From: Bugula neritina
Lineage: Eukaryota; Animalia; Bryozoa
Direction of reading: 5' to 3'
Assembly: GCA_964035545.1 (NCBI GenBank)
Contig: OZ037770.1
Span: 1,736,001-1,800,000 of the forward strand
Length of the DNA: 64,000 bases
Shown here: piece by piece, positions 13,168 to 44,193 of the stretch
Layout of the letters: every line of letters starts with the position of its first letter
Numbering within the stretch: position 1 is the stretch's first letter
Notes under the pieces: generated by a model
What the model saw: only the letters and a program-made list of their open reading frames with translations
Database searches by the model: none
Told to the model about the DNA's origin: nothing
Program-made: the position numbers and the translations under genes

Positions 13168-15892
13168 CTTCTACAGATAAATGAGGTGCAATCTAATTAG
13201 GTTCAAAATAAATTATCTATGTTCAAGTAGAAAACATCCTGGAATCCATTTTAACCATTTCTGATTGACAAGGATTTTAATTAGAAGCCCAGATCTGAAG
13301 ATATAAACATCAGCTGTGGATATGGATAGCTAGATAAATAAATGTGCAGCGGATTGCTAATGAAAGGTGTAGAAATCAACCAGAACTAAAAGTAACACAT
13401 ACTGACCTGGTTTAAACTTCAATAACCATCATATTAAGAACTGTCACTGAATGATGGTATAAAAACTGTGTTATGTAATTTTAAAGTTGCTGGTAGATAA
13501 GAATTGACACATCATATGAAACCATATATATAAACACAGCAAAATAATGCAGTGAAGGATTGTGCTTTATGAAAATATATTAAATCACAAGTAAATTACT
13601 AAAAATTTAGAAAATTGTGAGTCCAACAACTATTGAAAAACTATCATGTTGATTGACAAGTGACATCATGTACACTGCAAAATTGATATTTCAAAGATTA
13701 GGTGTTACATTTTATAAAATAGAACACTAAGAAATGATTTAGTGCCAGCATAGCTCTGTTGGATGGCAGCCAATAATTTCGCTATGGAAAAAACCCTCAA
13801 TTAATTTTCAATATTTATAACCAAATCATCAAAACTAGAACCTAACTTATATAATCCAAAAATTCACAGAAAACCACTGTGGACTATAAAAACTTCCAAT
13901 GACAAATATGCCTGGCATTGTTCATATTGAAATTATAAAATTTAGACCTACTATTTCGTTAGCTAGGGTTAAGAGAAAGTTAAATTTATCTTTAAAATTT
14001 ATCTCCCAATGAATATAACTAGAAGTAAAAACAGAATGATGAAAGTTCTGTCAAATATTTTTTGGTATGAAAAGGCAGTCATAATGTGCATTTAAAATTA
14101 GCGAACCCTAACAAGCAATGGTACCCAGTAATAAGCTAGCACAAATTATTGAGCTGAGGCTAACAACAGTCGTACTAGCTTGAATTTATTTTGAAATATT
14201 AAACATTCCACACCTATTAATTGCTATTTATTATATTATATGTGTAAGAGTGTTACTGATTTTTGGTTGCTTTCACAATGATATTACTATCAGTATCACA
14301 AATATTTTTAATAGGAATTTCAATAGAAAACTAAGAGGTTTAGTGAACATGTTCAAAACTAAAAACTAAAGTATATACGATGTAGCAAAGCCATATGTTA
14401 TAACATGAAATAAAAGGAAGTAGGCACAATTATTTTTTGTTAATAATAGATAGAGAATAGCAAAACTTAATTTGACAAAAAAACTAATATTACATTCTGA
14501 ATTATTTACTGAAACAGTTTATCTTCATCTCATCTTTAATAAAGATAATCTTTTAAATACTTTTAGTTGAGATCTGAATACATCCATAAAACAATTGTTA
14601 TTATAATCATACTAGTCATACTATCAGTACTATTATATTACATTTATTTTAACTAAAAGTTGATTATTGAATGTATTATTATAATGATGCATAAAAACAA
14701 AGTAAATCTATTCTTTTAAACCATGTATCTATTAATATGCTAATCTATATAATTACCTATACTCAAAATGACCATCTTGAACATTATGAACCTCTTCAAT
14801 AATGAAAGAAACCAAATATATGTAAATAAAAGCAGTGATAGTGAAATCGAAAAACCATAGCAGGCCAGCCTGTTATGTCAAGACTCAAATATAATGAAAA
14901 TAAACCGCCTAAAACATAGACTATGCATATCACTGTCACATATATGATAGTGACTGAGCATAACGTGAAACTAAAAGTAAATTTGAAACCAAGAATCTTA
15001 AAAGCAGTTAATTTTACGAATTATTGCTTGCAATCTAACTCTTAACATAAACATTTGATCTCACATATAGACTATCATTATATATTATGATTATGATTAG
15101 GTGGCAAAGAATAACGTGGGATAAACATAAAAACAATCATTATGCAATTAAAAATTAAATTATAATTTATAATATAAGTCGAAGTTAAATGTAGCCCTAA
15201 CTATACATATAACTATTACTCTATAGGATTAGGTATAACTGTAACTGTAAGTATAAATCTAAATGACTAAAGTTTGACATATCACCATTAGGCATTACTA
15301 TTTCGATCTGCAACAACGACATAGAAAATTCATAATCATAACGATAATCATAATGCATATAATAATAAATCATAATGATAATATTATTAAATACCATTAT
15401 CATTATGATTATTTTAATAATAATAAATATAATCTAATTTTCATCATGAGCACCAATACAATATTCAAAATGCTAATGACTAATGATTATGAGCTTGAAT
15501 TCACCGTTTTAAATAAATAAATAGTTCAACTTTTACCGAAGACAAAGATTCAATCTTAGATTAGAAAATAATTAGTTAATACAAGTTGAAGTAGAACCGA
15601 GATGATCAAAGTCCTACTCTTTCTAATTCTACTTCTACTACTACTACTAGTACTACTAGCAGGTAGAGTTAGTACTACTAGTAGTAGTACTACTTGTAAC
15701 TTTGAGTTTGTAGTTATTTCAGTTTATTGACAACCTTTTGTTACCACTATGACTATAAAAATAACAGCATAAGCATCATGAATTTAGGATTTTCATGACT
15801 TCAAATTTAATAAGTTATCTTAGCTAAAACGATTGTTACTATGAGTATTAATAATCCAGTGAGACTAGTCCGTGACTAGCCTTTTTACTTAC

Positions 15893-16470
15893 TATTGATG
15901 ATCAGAATATCAATTGACTCGATAGACTCTGCCCCCATGAAGGACACTGCTGTGTCAATGGCGTTTAAAGGCCAGGCATGTAGTGATTTTGCGCAGACTG
16001 AAACTCAAACTATTTGCAATTTATCAGGTTTTACTGAATCATTCAGACGACAGCATTTATTCTCGCTGAATATTTTTAGAGCCCCACAGGCTATAATAGA
16101 GCGCAACATTTTATTTCACTTTATTACTCTTTAGAAGATTGTTGAATAGTTCTATAAGCAGCTCCAAGTTGTCGGTGAATGAGTGCAGAAGTTTGAAGTA
16201 TCTAGTATGAAGTTGGGGACATAAAGCCAAACGTCAGCCCTCCAAACTACTGCACTGATTCACTACCAACTCCGCGCTGCTTATAGAACCACACGACGTT
16301 TTTTTTTTATTTATTTCCCATAATGATGGAGATAATAAACACCAACGTGACTTAATAGTCGCTGTTTAAATATTTGTGACAAGCCGAAGTAGTTTTCATA
16401 ATGATAATGATAATCATAGTTTGTCAAAGCCTGTTATTTTAAATTTCAAGCTACGCTGGGAGTGAAAGTC
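15893..16470. promoter_or_regulatory. Putative bidirectional promoter / first-exon region of FAAH and GART
   Basis: A locally CpG-richer segment between the divergent genes. Both ATG exons are preceded by splice acceptors, and a minus-strand donor GTAAGT at 15892-15887 fits a FAAH 5' UTR exon. Confidence 0.45.
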
Positions 16471-18796
16471 CAGAACTAGAAGTTAAACTCAACACTGAAT
16501 TAGTATTACTATTACAAGAAGTTTTACTTTTCGTGTTACTGTTATACTTATAATATTTTGAGTTCGTTTTACTTTTAGTTTACGTTTTAATACAACTACT
16601 AACAGTAACACAACTGATCTAATGCTAAAAATAATTGTAATACTATTGCTATTAGTATTAATATTAGTATTAGATTTACTTGTAGTACTGGTTGTGCTTT
16701 TAGTAGAGTTTTAGTTTTAGTTTTACTTTTAGTCCTTTAGCTAAACTTACACGTTTAGCATTTCTTATAGTTATACAGTCACTGTTGCTGTTAGTGACTG
16801 TGACTTTAAGTTACTGCTGCCTATGGTTATTGCAATATGAGTATTGCCATTGGTCTTGGACTTGGTGTTAGTGTTACTCACAGTCACTGACACTGTAAGT
16901 GTAAGTTACTTATACTGTTACCATTAACATTTGGGCATTTACTGGTAATTGCATTAAATTCAGTTATTTGCTAAAACTTTTACCCTGTAGTTAAATTGAA
17001 ATTAAAAGTAAATTTAATTCAAGTCTTTTTACGATATGACGACCTTCTTTTGCCCGGCATCGGGATCTAAAGGTTCTTGAGTTACCTAGACCTAATTATA
17101 CTTGATAATAAAATAATTATTTGTAACAATCTTAATATCATTAATAATGAGTAATACTACTAGCCTACTAAGTCTAATAGTAATACTTCAATTTTAATTA
17201 ATAATTTTGCTTTAAGTTTAATTTTAAACTCTTTGTACTGATACTATAAGTTATAGTTATACTTATAATTAGACAGCTTAACTATAAGTTATAGACTATA
17301 GAGTGAAACTCAATGAAACTAGCTAATAGTTATTTCTAAACCTAAAGTCAAACTAAGTTTAATATTTATTGTTGTAATTAATAAATAATTTAATAATAAT
17401 ATTTCAATAACATTACTGTTACTATATTTATGATTTTTATTTTACATTTATATTAATTATTAAATGTATTAATATCTTTGAATGATTTTGAATTTGATAT
17501 AGTGCTTACTTGTTATAAATAATAATAATAATAATAACATCAACAGTATTAGTATTAGCTAGTATTAATTTTCAGTTACTTATAATGATTCTCGCTGTTT
17601 TAGAGCAATTATTGTAACTGCCATCACTAATACCTACTTCTATGACTTATCGCTAGTATCACTATATCGGTATGGGTATAATATGATACTCTAAGTCCAT
17701 TAGTATGTCTATTGTCTATTCCCTCTTGCTGTTAGAATTACTATTAGCAGTACTAGTGATATTTTTTACTCTGACTTACCATTACAATAACTTTTTGTTT
17801 TAAAGTATGAGTTGCTTGTAAAGATAATTTAGTGTGTAACAGTAACACTTTTTGTCTTGCAGTGATGTGAGTAGGACATAGTCTGAGACCTAATTAAATA
17901 CAAAGTCCTTTACCATTGGTAGTATATTTACTTGCCCTTAGTCAAAGTGTTGGTGATGAGTATCATTTTCACGCACTCCTAGTATTTCATTGTATGATTC
18001 ATAGTCTAAGTCATATTCTTAGTGATACTGATAGCCAGGAATTACTGATTAACTTAATTTGATACTCAAAGTAAGGTCGAGGCTCACACTTGCACTAACC
18101 ATAAGCAAACAATTGTTTCCCCAAATCAGAATCATTCTCAGTGTCAATTTGATCAATATACTGAATCAAGAGTGTTTGTGAGTTTTTAAGTTATACTAAC
18201 AATTACAATAATAGTCACACTCACTCAGACACCCATTCTCACAACAGTGATTTACCATTACAGTGAGTGTGACTATCATAATGATTTGAGAGTGCTTAGC
18301 TGTATTGGAGCTTGATTTTAGTCAGTAGTTTAATGGTATATATAGTTACCAATAAGTTTAATGCCAATTCCTACATAATTTTAAACTGAGTTTCATTTTT
18401 ATATTGAGCTTGAATTGTCTGTGGTAACAATTTAAATTTCCACAAAAATATTCAAATGTTTTTTATTATTGTCTTTCACCATTAGTAATGAAACTGAGTC
18501 TTCAACTATTGTTAAAAATTAGGAGCCTAAATAGCAGTGGTATTTCCCCTTGTATTCTACTTGTTTGTATTTACAGTTTAAACAAATTTTATGTTGAAGT
18601 TGAACCCATTCACAAAAAAAACAAGTTCATATGATTTCAAGTTATATTTTAGCATTATAAGTGACTTCCTAAACCTGTAACGTGAAATATTACACTTCTC
18701 AACTCAATATGATTAGAGGGTTTGAATAAAATGTTAAGCATATTCTTTCAATCTTGAGACTTCAGTGAATGCATGTTGTATCTGTCTCTAGTTTAG

Positions 18797-34602
<15,806 letters not shown>

Positions 34603-36083
34603 CTGACTTTAGAATCTCACTTGAGCCGATACTTACCATTCCTCACAGAGGACTGAATGTCACACAACTAGTCACGTCACGTATTTAGTAATTTTCTCTC
34701 TTTTATTATAATTGTGCCAAGTTATTTTGAACCAAATATCACCAAATATGTGCAACTATTGTACACTATTATACATTATTACTTCATCATCTGCTAGTCT
34801 GTATATTTTATGTATTTTTGCAAGGTGAATGGGTATTTCTACCTGGAAATATATTTCTTTCAAAGTCACTAATAGTGCTCATGTGTATTGTTAAATATTC
34901 ATTCAGTCAGCTGCAAAAGGCAGCCAATTTGCATTAGATATTTATGCTCTCTGTTTAAAAGGTATCAGAGTTCAAAATTGAACACACTTTGATAAATTTA
35001 CATAAGTTTTCCCAGATGATTTCAGTTTTAACTTAAGTATGGAACTTACTAAAATTTCGCAATAGCAGTCATTTGTAATTAGATAATGCCATTAATAATT
35101 AATTATGATGAAATTTAATTGCACATAAACAAAGGAAATGTGACACTTGTGCCTTGCACTAGCCTTTAAATACTGGATAAGATATGAACTTAGCTGTTCA
35201 GTTTAGGTTTCAACATTGGAAAAGAATATTTGCTAAGAGCTATTGAGATTATGATATATTCAACTCAAATCAATAACAAGACATCGGTTTGTTTGTTCAT
35301 CTCCATAGCAACGCTATACTTGTTCTACGCTAATGTTCTTGCAGCTTGTTTGCACTCTTAGCTTCATTGTTGGTGCTTGTTTTTAATTATTATGGATGTC
35401 ATGAGATGAATAAATATTTATTACACGAAATGGCAGCATATAAATTAGTTGATGATTCACTAGCTGAATTTCAAATTATAGATAAACTTTGATCAACTTA
35501 AATACAATCCATTTTAAGATAATCATCATGGAGGTGTCAAAAAGTTAGGCAATACTATTTCTTCTATTTATAGATGTGCTCTGTTCAACACTATGATTTC
35601 TACTGTACACCAGGATTTCTACTGTACATAATATACATATAAGATTAGATTCTGAAGCCATGCACCTAATTCACGTGGGAGTACATATGTACTAGAGTAC
35701 TAGACATTAATAAATATGTTATACAACTATTATATATGTGGTTATTGGATTATCAAATTAAAGAAAAGAAATTATACTGTTGGTTGCTAGCAGCTTTGCC
35801 ATTGTACAAGAAATACACAACGTTTTGGCCTTTGCTTGAGTCTTAAACCTCAAGTAGTCAACTGGGCAGTTATTTCAAATAGACGAGTCATAATTTTATT
35901 ATTCAAAAGATCTAAAGAGAAAATAATACAAAAAATACATTGTCACAAAAGATGTACCAGTTTTTCTTAACGATCAAAATATTTTTTTAAAAGTTAAAAT
36001 ACAAAACTCTTGGAAGAAAATGTTCAATTGTAGAATCCTCGCAGAACAATTATTTGTTGACTGCAATGCATTGTGGGCTGCAT

Positions 36084-38469
36084 TCATCGACAGGAGCAGT
36101 TAGCGTTGAAGATGGAGCACCAGCACTTCAGCTTATCACAGCATTGGTCATGTGATTGGCAGTATGCTGCAATGAGAGATCAATGTATTTTATACATGAG
36201 TTTATACTGCGTGTTTCAACAGAGCTCAATGGGTTTACACTGTCAACATGTCGCTGAATGGTGTACCTATGCTGAATTATATTGTTTTTAGAGATCATAA
36301 CAAGCTGTACTGTAATTTTTAGTTAATTATTTTACTTAAAAATCACGTAGATGATGTAAATGATGCTATATTTTTTCCTGTGTTTATATCAAATAGCTAC
36401 TAGATATATAATTGGAAACTTCTATTGATCAATTGAAAATTTTAAGGATGTTATGTTTATAAAAAGAAAATTTTATTATGTTTATAAAGAAAGGTGAAAG
36501 TTTTATTCTTGTAAAAAAGAATTTATAGAAAACTATTTGCCAATTTTATCAGTTGTTGGTAATTGTTTTGTTTTAGGTTAATATATATCAATTATCAATA
36601 TAATATAAATGTATAATATACAATTTCACACGAATCATCCCTCCTATGATACGGACACATGCAGGTACAGTATTATATCACCTGGTTTTAGTTTTAAGAG
36701 TTGACTCTATCTACAAGCTTCTACTAATTAGACTACTCTACTTAATATACATCTGATCATGTGACCTCACCTGACAGTTTCCGGCAGGTCTCAGGTACTT
36801 TTCTTGGCAGGTATTTTCTCAGGTATTCCTCCACGGACATCTTTCTCTTCACTCTGTGTTTATGTAAGTAAGAATTATACATATGTCTCCATATTATGTG
36901 CATTGTTTTCATTAGTTATAACTGTTGGAAGTTTACATAAGCTGGGAAAGCTTTTCCTTAATGCATGAAAGCTTTTCACAAGTCATCTCAGCTATGCCAG
37001 CTAAATTATGTTTTTTTTTCCAATTCATTATAGCTACTACACAATAGCTAACCTTTTTATTAGTATAAAAACCGAGCAATTGTCACCTATATCCACACTT
37101 GCATCGTTTCACACTATAATTGTAACTTGCAACTAGAATAACTTATGATAGGCCTATATAATCTTTTTTACATTGCTATTTTCTTCAGTCTGCGACAATA
37201 AATATTTTTATACACTTGACTCAAAAAAATAAAGTTGGAATTTAAAACACCACCCATTTGCTACAATTTTAGTGGATCAAAATTTTCAGTTCAGACAACC
37301 TGACAGCTTTACAGCTGCTTCACAAATCTTATAGGTTAAGGCTGCCAAATGCACAGTGGGCCTATTGTTCAAGACAAAATCAATAAGAGAATACCTAAAT
37401 TAGTAAAATTTTCATTTAAGCTAAATTGCTCTTTTGCAAAAGCAAATTGAACTTAAAATTCAAAACGAAGTTGAAAGAAGTTTTTGGTTTATATCTGAAA
37501 TTATAATAAATGTATATATGCTTTTAAGCCTGTAATATTTAAGAATAAGTCAACAAAAGCATTAAGGTACTATAATTTGTTATGGCATGCAAATAACTGA
37601 TATAAATTTTATTGAATCACAAATTGAGCCTGTTACTACTTACACTGACTGAGTCAAACAATTCTAGAGGACTTGATGAGTTCCTTACCTGAGATGGTTA
37701 GGAGTTTCTTCTTGTTGTATTGTTGTATCATATCCTTTGTTTGACTCTAAAAAAATAAGAAGACCACATGTAAGAGTAAACAATAACATGTTGTAACTAT
37801 AATATCAAAATTCTTTTAGTTTCACTAGTTTCACTATAATTTATGCATAATTATAAAAAAGTCATTTGCGTGTTTTACTGTGAAATATTAACATCAAAAA
37901 AATATTTTGTCTTTTTTCGTAACTCAAGTTTTTCATTTAGAATCTTAAACTTTATTGACTTTTGCGTAAAAGTTTTGATTAAATAATGTTTTGCTAAGAA
38001 AATTTTACAGGTTCAATAATCGTATACATGAAAATATATTATACGCGCCTTTTTCGGAATTTCCTTTGAGTAGGTTTTATCTAAATTATAGCACTAGATC
38101 AGCTACATATTTAATCATATTTAAAGAATAAAATTCTAATTTGCTTATTTATATAACATGACAGCCGCATCAGATGTTTTTTACAGTCACTTACTGCCTA
38201 AACTTTTTAAGAAAGCATACAAATTTCAAAGTTAAATATTTTATATAGGCCTATTAATACTTTAAAAAATCACATTTATGCAAATTGGCACTTCGCGCTG
38301 CTAAAATTTCAATAAACAAAATGTAGGCCTACGCTATATTCAAAGTTGACGCTGTTTTAGGTAGGCTGTCAAATATTTCTTACAATAATTTCTTACCAGA
38401 AAGTTGTTCGTCTGCTGCACATAACACAAACATCAGTACAAAACAAGACAGCATAATGGTGACCTTCAT
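36084..38469 (-). CDS. Secreted 8-Cys inhibitor-cystine-knot (agatoxin/agouti-like) prepropeptide, gene A, 98 aa
   Basis: Exons 38469-38397, 37746-37689, 36853-36771, 36166-36084 (intron phases 1,2,1). Protein: MKVTIMLSCFVLMFVLCAADEQLSESNKGYDTTIQQEETPNHL-RVKR-KMSVEEYLRKYLPRKVPETCRKLSAYCQSHDQCCDKLKCWCSIFNANCSCR*. Signal peptide, RxKR convertase site and C-x6-C-x5-CC-x4-CxC-x6-CxC framework. TATA near 38551-38558; AATAAA on the minus strand at 35895-35900. Confidence 0.88.
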
Positions 38470-38548
38470 GTTGGTGAACTAAAAGTTTTCCTGAAAGTAA
38501 CTTCTCCAATTATTTTGAACTTGTGTCAGTCCAAAACCTTTTACAACT

Positions 38549-38600
38549 CTATTTATAAAGGATCAGATCCAGAAAATTACAGATCTGTTAGCCAATCAGC
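38549..38600 (-). promoter_or_regulatory. TATA plus inverted CCAAT (AGCCAATCA) promoter of gene A; equivalents at ~43131-43170 (B), ~46100-46148 (C), ~50016-50064 (D)
   Basis: All four genes show the same arrangement of a TATA-like box and AGCCAATCA about 25-40 bp further upstream. Confidence 0.65.
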
Positions 38601-38890
38601 ATCGAGGTTTAATAAAAGACAGTCTTGGTTTATATATTATATGTTACATGCGTTGTATAATTTTTTAAATGGAAGCATGTTGTCACTAATTTGATTACAA
38701 ATATAGCTATTCCTACATGTCAGTTTATTCACTAGAGCTGTAAATGGATTTTCTTCTGCCCACTGGAGGCTAAGGGAATTCAAAGAGTTTATATACGTTA
38801 GCACTGTAAAAAGCTTAAATAAATGCTATTTACATAAAGTGTATAAGACTTTTCAAGATACCAGATGTTATATATATATATATACCTCAA

Positions 38891-38937
38891 TCTGTGGACA
38901 GCAGCTGTTTCGGGGTTTGTCCCCTCATTAGCACAGA
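38891..38937 (-). ncRNA. Second copy of the hammerhead motif with a core G5A substitution (probably inactive)
   Basis: The reverse complement of 38885-38945 matches 1871-1931 at 59 of 61 positions. The core reads CTAATGA (position 38929). Confidence 0.8.
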
Positions 38938-39612
38938 ACAGAGTACCATGGCCCACACCTTTGCAATAGTAGAAACTTATGTTTCTACTAAAGCATATTT
39001 ATATATATATATATATATATATAGAAGCTCATTGAAACACCATAAAAACACATCACAAATTAATACACTTGGTGCATTGTACTAATTATATGCTTTAGCA
39101 TATAACTGGTGCAATGCGGGTTTTCAACCTTTTTTGAAAGTAGTTATATACCTATAATATGCTAAATGATGAAACATACCCTCCAATGAAATAGGATTCT
39201 TTATTATACTCAGCTTCTATTATGAGTTATGATCTCTTGAACAAGATGCATGAGAAGATAACTATCAAACTCGCTATTCAACATCTACAACATCATTGCA
39301 CAATGAACATAAGTGCCAGGACCGTTATGATAAAACTCGTCACGTTACCAACAAAGTTTTGAATTATATGTACAAAATCTAAAGCGATTTGATCAGACTT
39401 AGTAAAATATTTGGCTGTGTTATGTTGTATTAAACATGTATATAGTCGTCTCTTATTTTTTGAAATATTATTAAACAATATTCACAATTATCCTATAAGC
39501 TAAAGGAAAATGCATATATGTTCTGAAAAAGACTATTTTGGGTTAGAAACCATTCAAAATATAGATACAACAATAATAATATATATAAGAGCTATGTGTG
39601 GTCATTTTGTAA

Positions 39613-39826
39613 GGAGTAGCAGTGGTTTAGAGGTTAGGTAGTTTGCCTACAGTAAACACAAAGACATGGGTTTGAATTTTGACAAAGGCCATTAGAGACG
39701 TTAAGAAGAGCATCCAGTCATAATTGTCCCTGTACCTTATCTTAATAAGTTATTAGCCAGCTTATACCAAAAACCCTTTTCTTCAAAGGTTTCTCACAAG
39801 AATGGTGACTATAAACTTGCGTGAGC
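39613..39826 (+). mobile_element. SINE family copy
   Basis: Homologous to 34119-34330 over its full length. Confidence 0.75.
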
Positions 39827-40789
39827 TTGCAATTTTTACTTAAGGTATTATACGAAATTGTGACATACAAACTAGCAACGTGTATAAGTATATGTACTAA
39901 CTCGATCTGCATTAACTTTATATTCTTTTACATTGCCTGTAGCTATAATAGCAGGCAGAGCAGCTAGTTAGCTATCAATTGAGATTTTATAATTTACATA
40001 TATATGGATATGAGAATGAAAGCTCTATAATATAAATAGCATTTCTAACTGAACTATTAAAAAGTTTTTCTCGTTGCATTAAACAACTAAAACCATAGAA
40101 ATTTTAAAAGCTGTAATAAGACAGTTTACTAGTGTATTTTAATTTCTATGGAATAACAAGTTATTCTGTGTATATAAGTATACTAGAACATTACATTAAG
40201 ATTTTTTAAATTTGAGTGCAATTATAATACTATTTTGGGAGTTATTGCTCATGGTAATAATTTAAACCTTCTCTTTTTCAAACTGACCACATGTTGTTAG
40301 CAGAAACAGTAAAGTAACACTTGAGGTTATTCAAAATGAACTTATGTTATAATTATATAATCATTCAGATAGTGTAAAACTGCATGATTACACATACCAT
40401 GTAATTTCCAAGGACCACATTCCTAGTCAGAAGTTCATATACATTATCACTTTATTTTTTCAACGTCATAGTGTATGAAACTTAAATTATATAACAAAAG
40501 TTATAATCATTATAATGTATTAAACACATATTATTACAAGTGCATGGAGCCATAATTTCTATGAAGCTTCTTTCTAAACAGTCACCATTATAATATTATT
40601 TCATACATATAATATAATATATATTATTTCATACATATATATTATAATGGCTTTCACTTCAACATAAAAGATTTATCATAATTCATGGATTTTATAATGG
40701 ACAAGTTGTGGCACAAGTTACATAATGTTTGATTTCTTTAATTAGGTTGTACAATGTATTTGCATATAAAATAACCCGTAGCCCCAATT

Positions 40790-43056
<2,267 letters not shown>

Positions 43057-44193
43057 GTTAGCAGGTGGTTGGCAGGACTTTGGTGTAGAATGTAGCACTG
43101 CGTTATACAGAGTGCTAAATGTCTACTCTGCTTTATATACTGCAATACATTCAATTTAGACAGCCAATCAAAAGCTTGTATGAGGGAACAGGTTACACTT
43201 AGTCAAAAAAAATGGTCCCATCTAAGAGTTGGCCATAACAAAGTGTGCGGCATTTTGAAAACTTGTGTTACAGCTATCAGCATGGAGGATTGGTTGAATT
43301 GATGAATTTTTTGTTTTGTGCGATGTTTTTTAATGAATATTTAACATCAATGAATTTACTTGTATAGCTTGCACAACTACAGCATAGTAAAATTTCTATT
43401 TTGAAGTTAGCTCATTTCTAATCAAATTTATGTAAATAAAACAGTCTACTTGTAACAACAACAAAAATTTTTACACATAAAACATGACACTAAATGCGCA
43501 ACTGCAACTATCCTTTAAGCTTCCACACTGCTTAAACACTTTGTTAGACTGTTTTAAGCAAAGCTGTAATTAACATCTTAAGTTCCAAACTATCAATTGT
43601 ACCCAGCTGGAGTTAAACCTCTCTTGTACTAGTACGCTACAATTATGAACAGTGTCTAAAGGCTATTACGTAAAAATAGTCCAACTACCACTGTGGGCAT
43701 GCTGGTTGAACAGCCCTCTAATTCGTATATTTAGTAGATGAGATTATTATTTACATGAAATTGTAAAGGAAAGCCACCTAAGTATTAGTTATATAGAAAG
43801 CTGATTATAGCTATAATATAAGATGCAGCTCGTTTCTTTATGTCTCTTATATAAATTATGGATTATTTCGGATGTTTTGTTCAACTTTATTACACCTACA
43901 AGTAGTAGGCCTAGTTTTTTTTACTTTTGACAGCTTTAATGACTTATATTTTTTGAGGGAAAGGGTTGACAACAAAGGATAATGTAAACTTATAACAATA
44001 AAGTATAAAAATATTCAAAATAATAATATAAGTTTTACAGTTAAACAAGATCAACATAAAAAGAAGCTATAGCAGATTCCTTGACCAAAATCTATAACGA
44101 AGAATTAGTATATATTTCAAACACATATAAGTTGCTTGATTAAGGGAATTCTACTAAAGCAATGTAATTCTTGCAAGAAAACACTTCTGGGTA

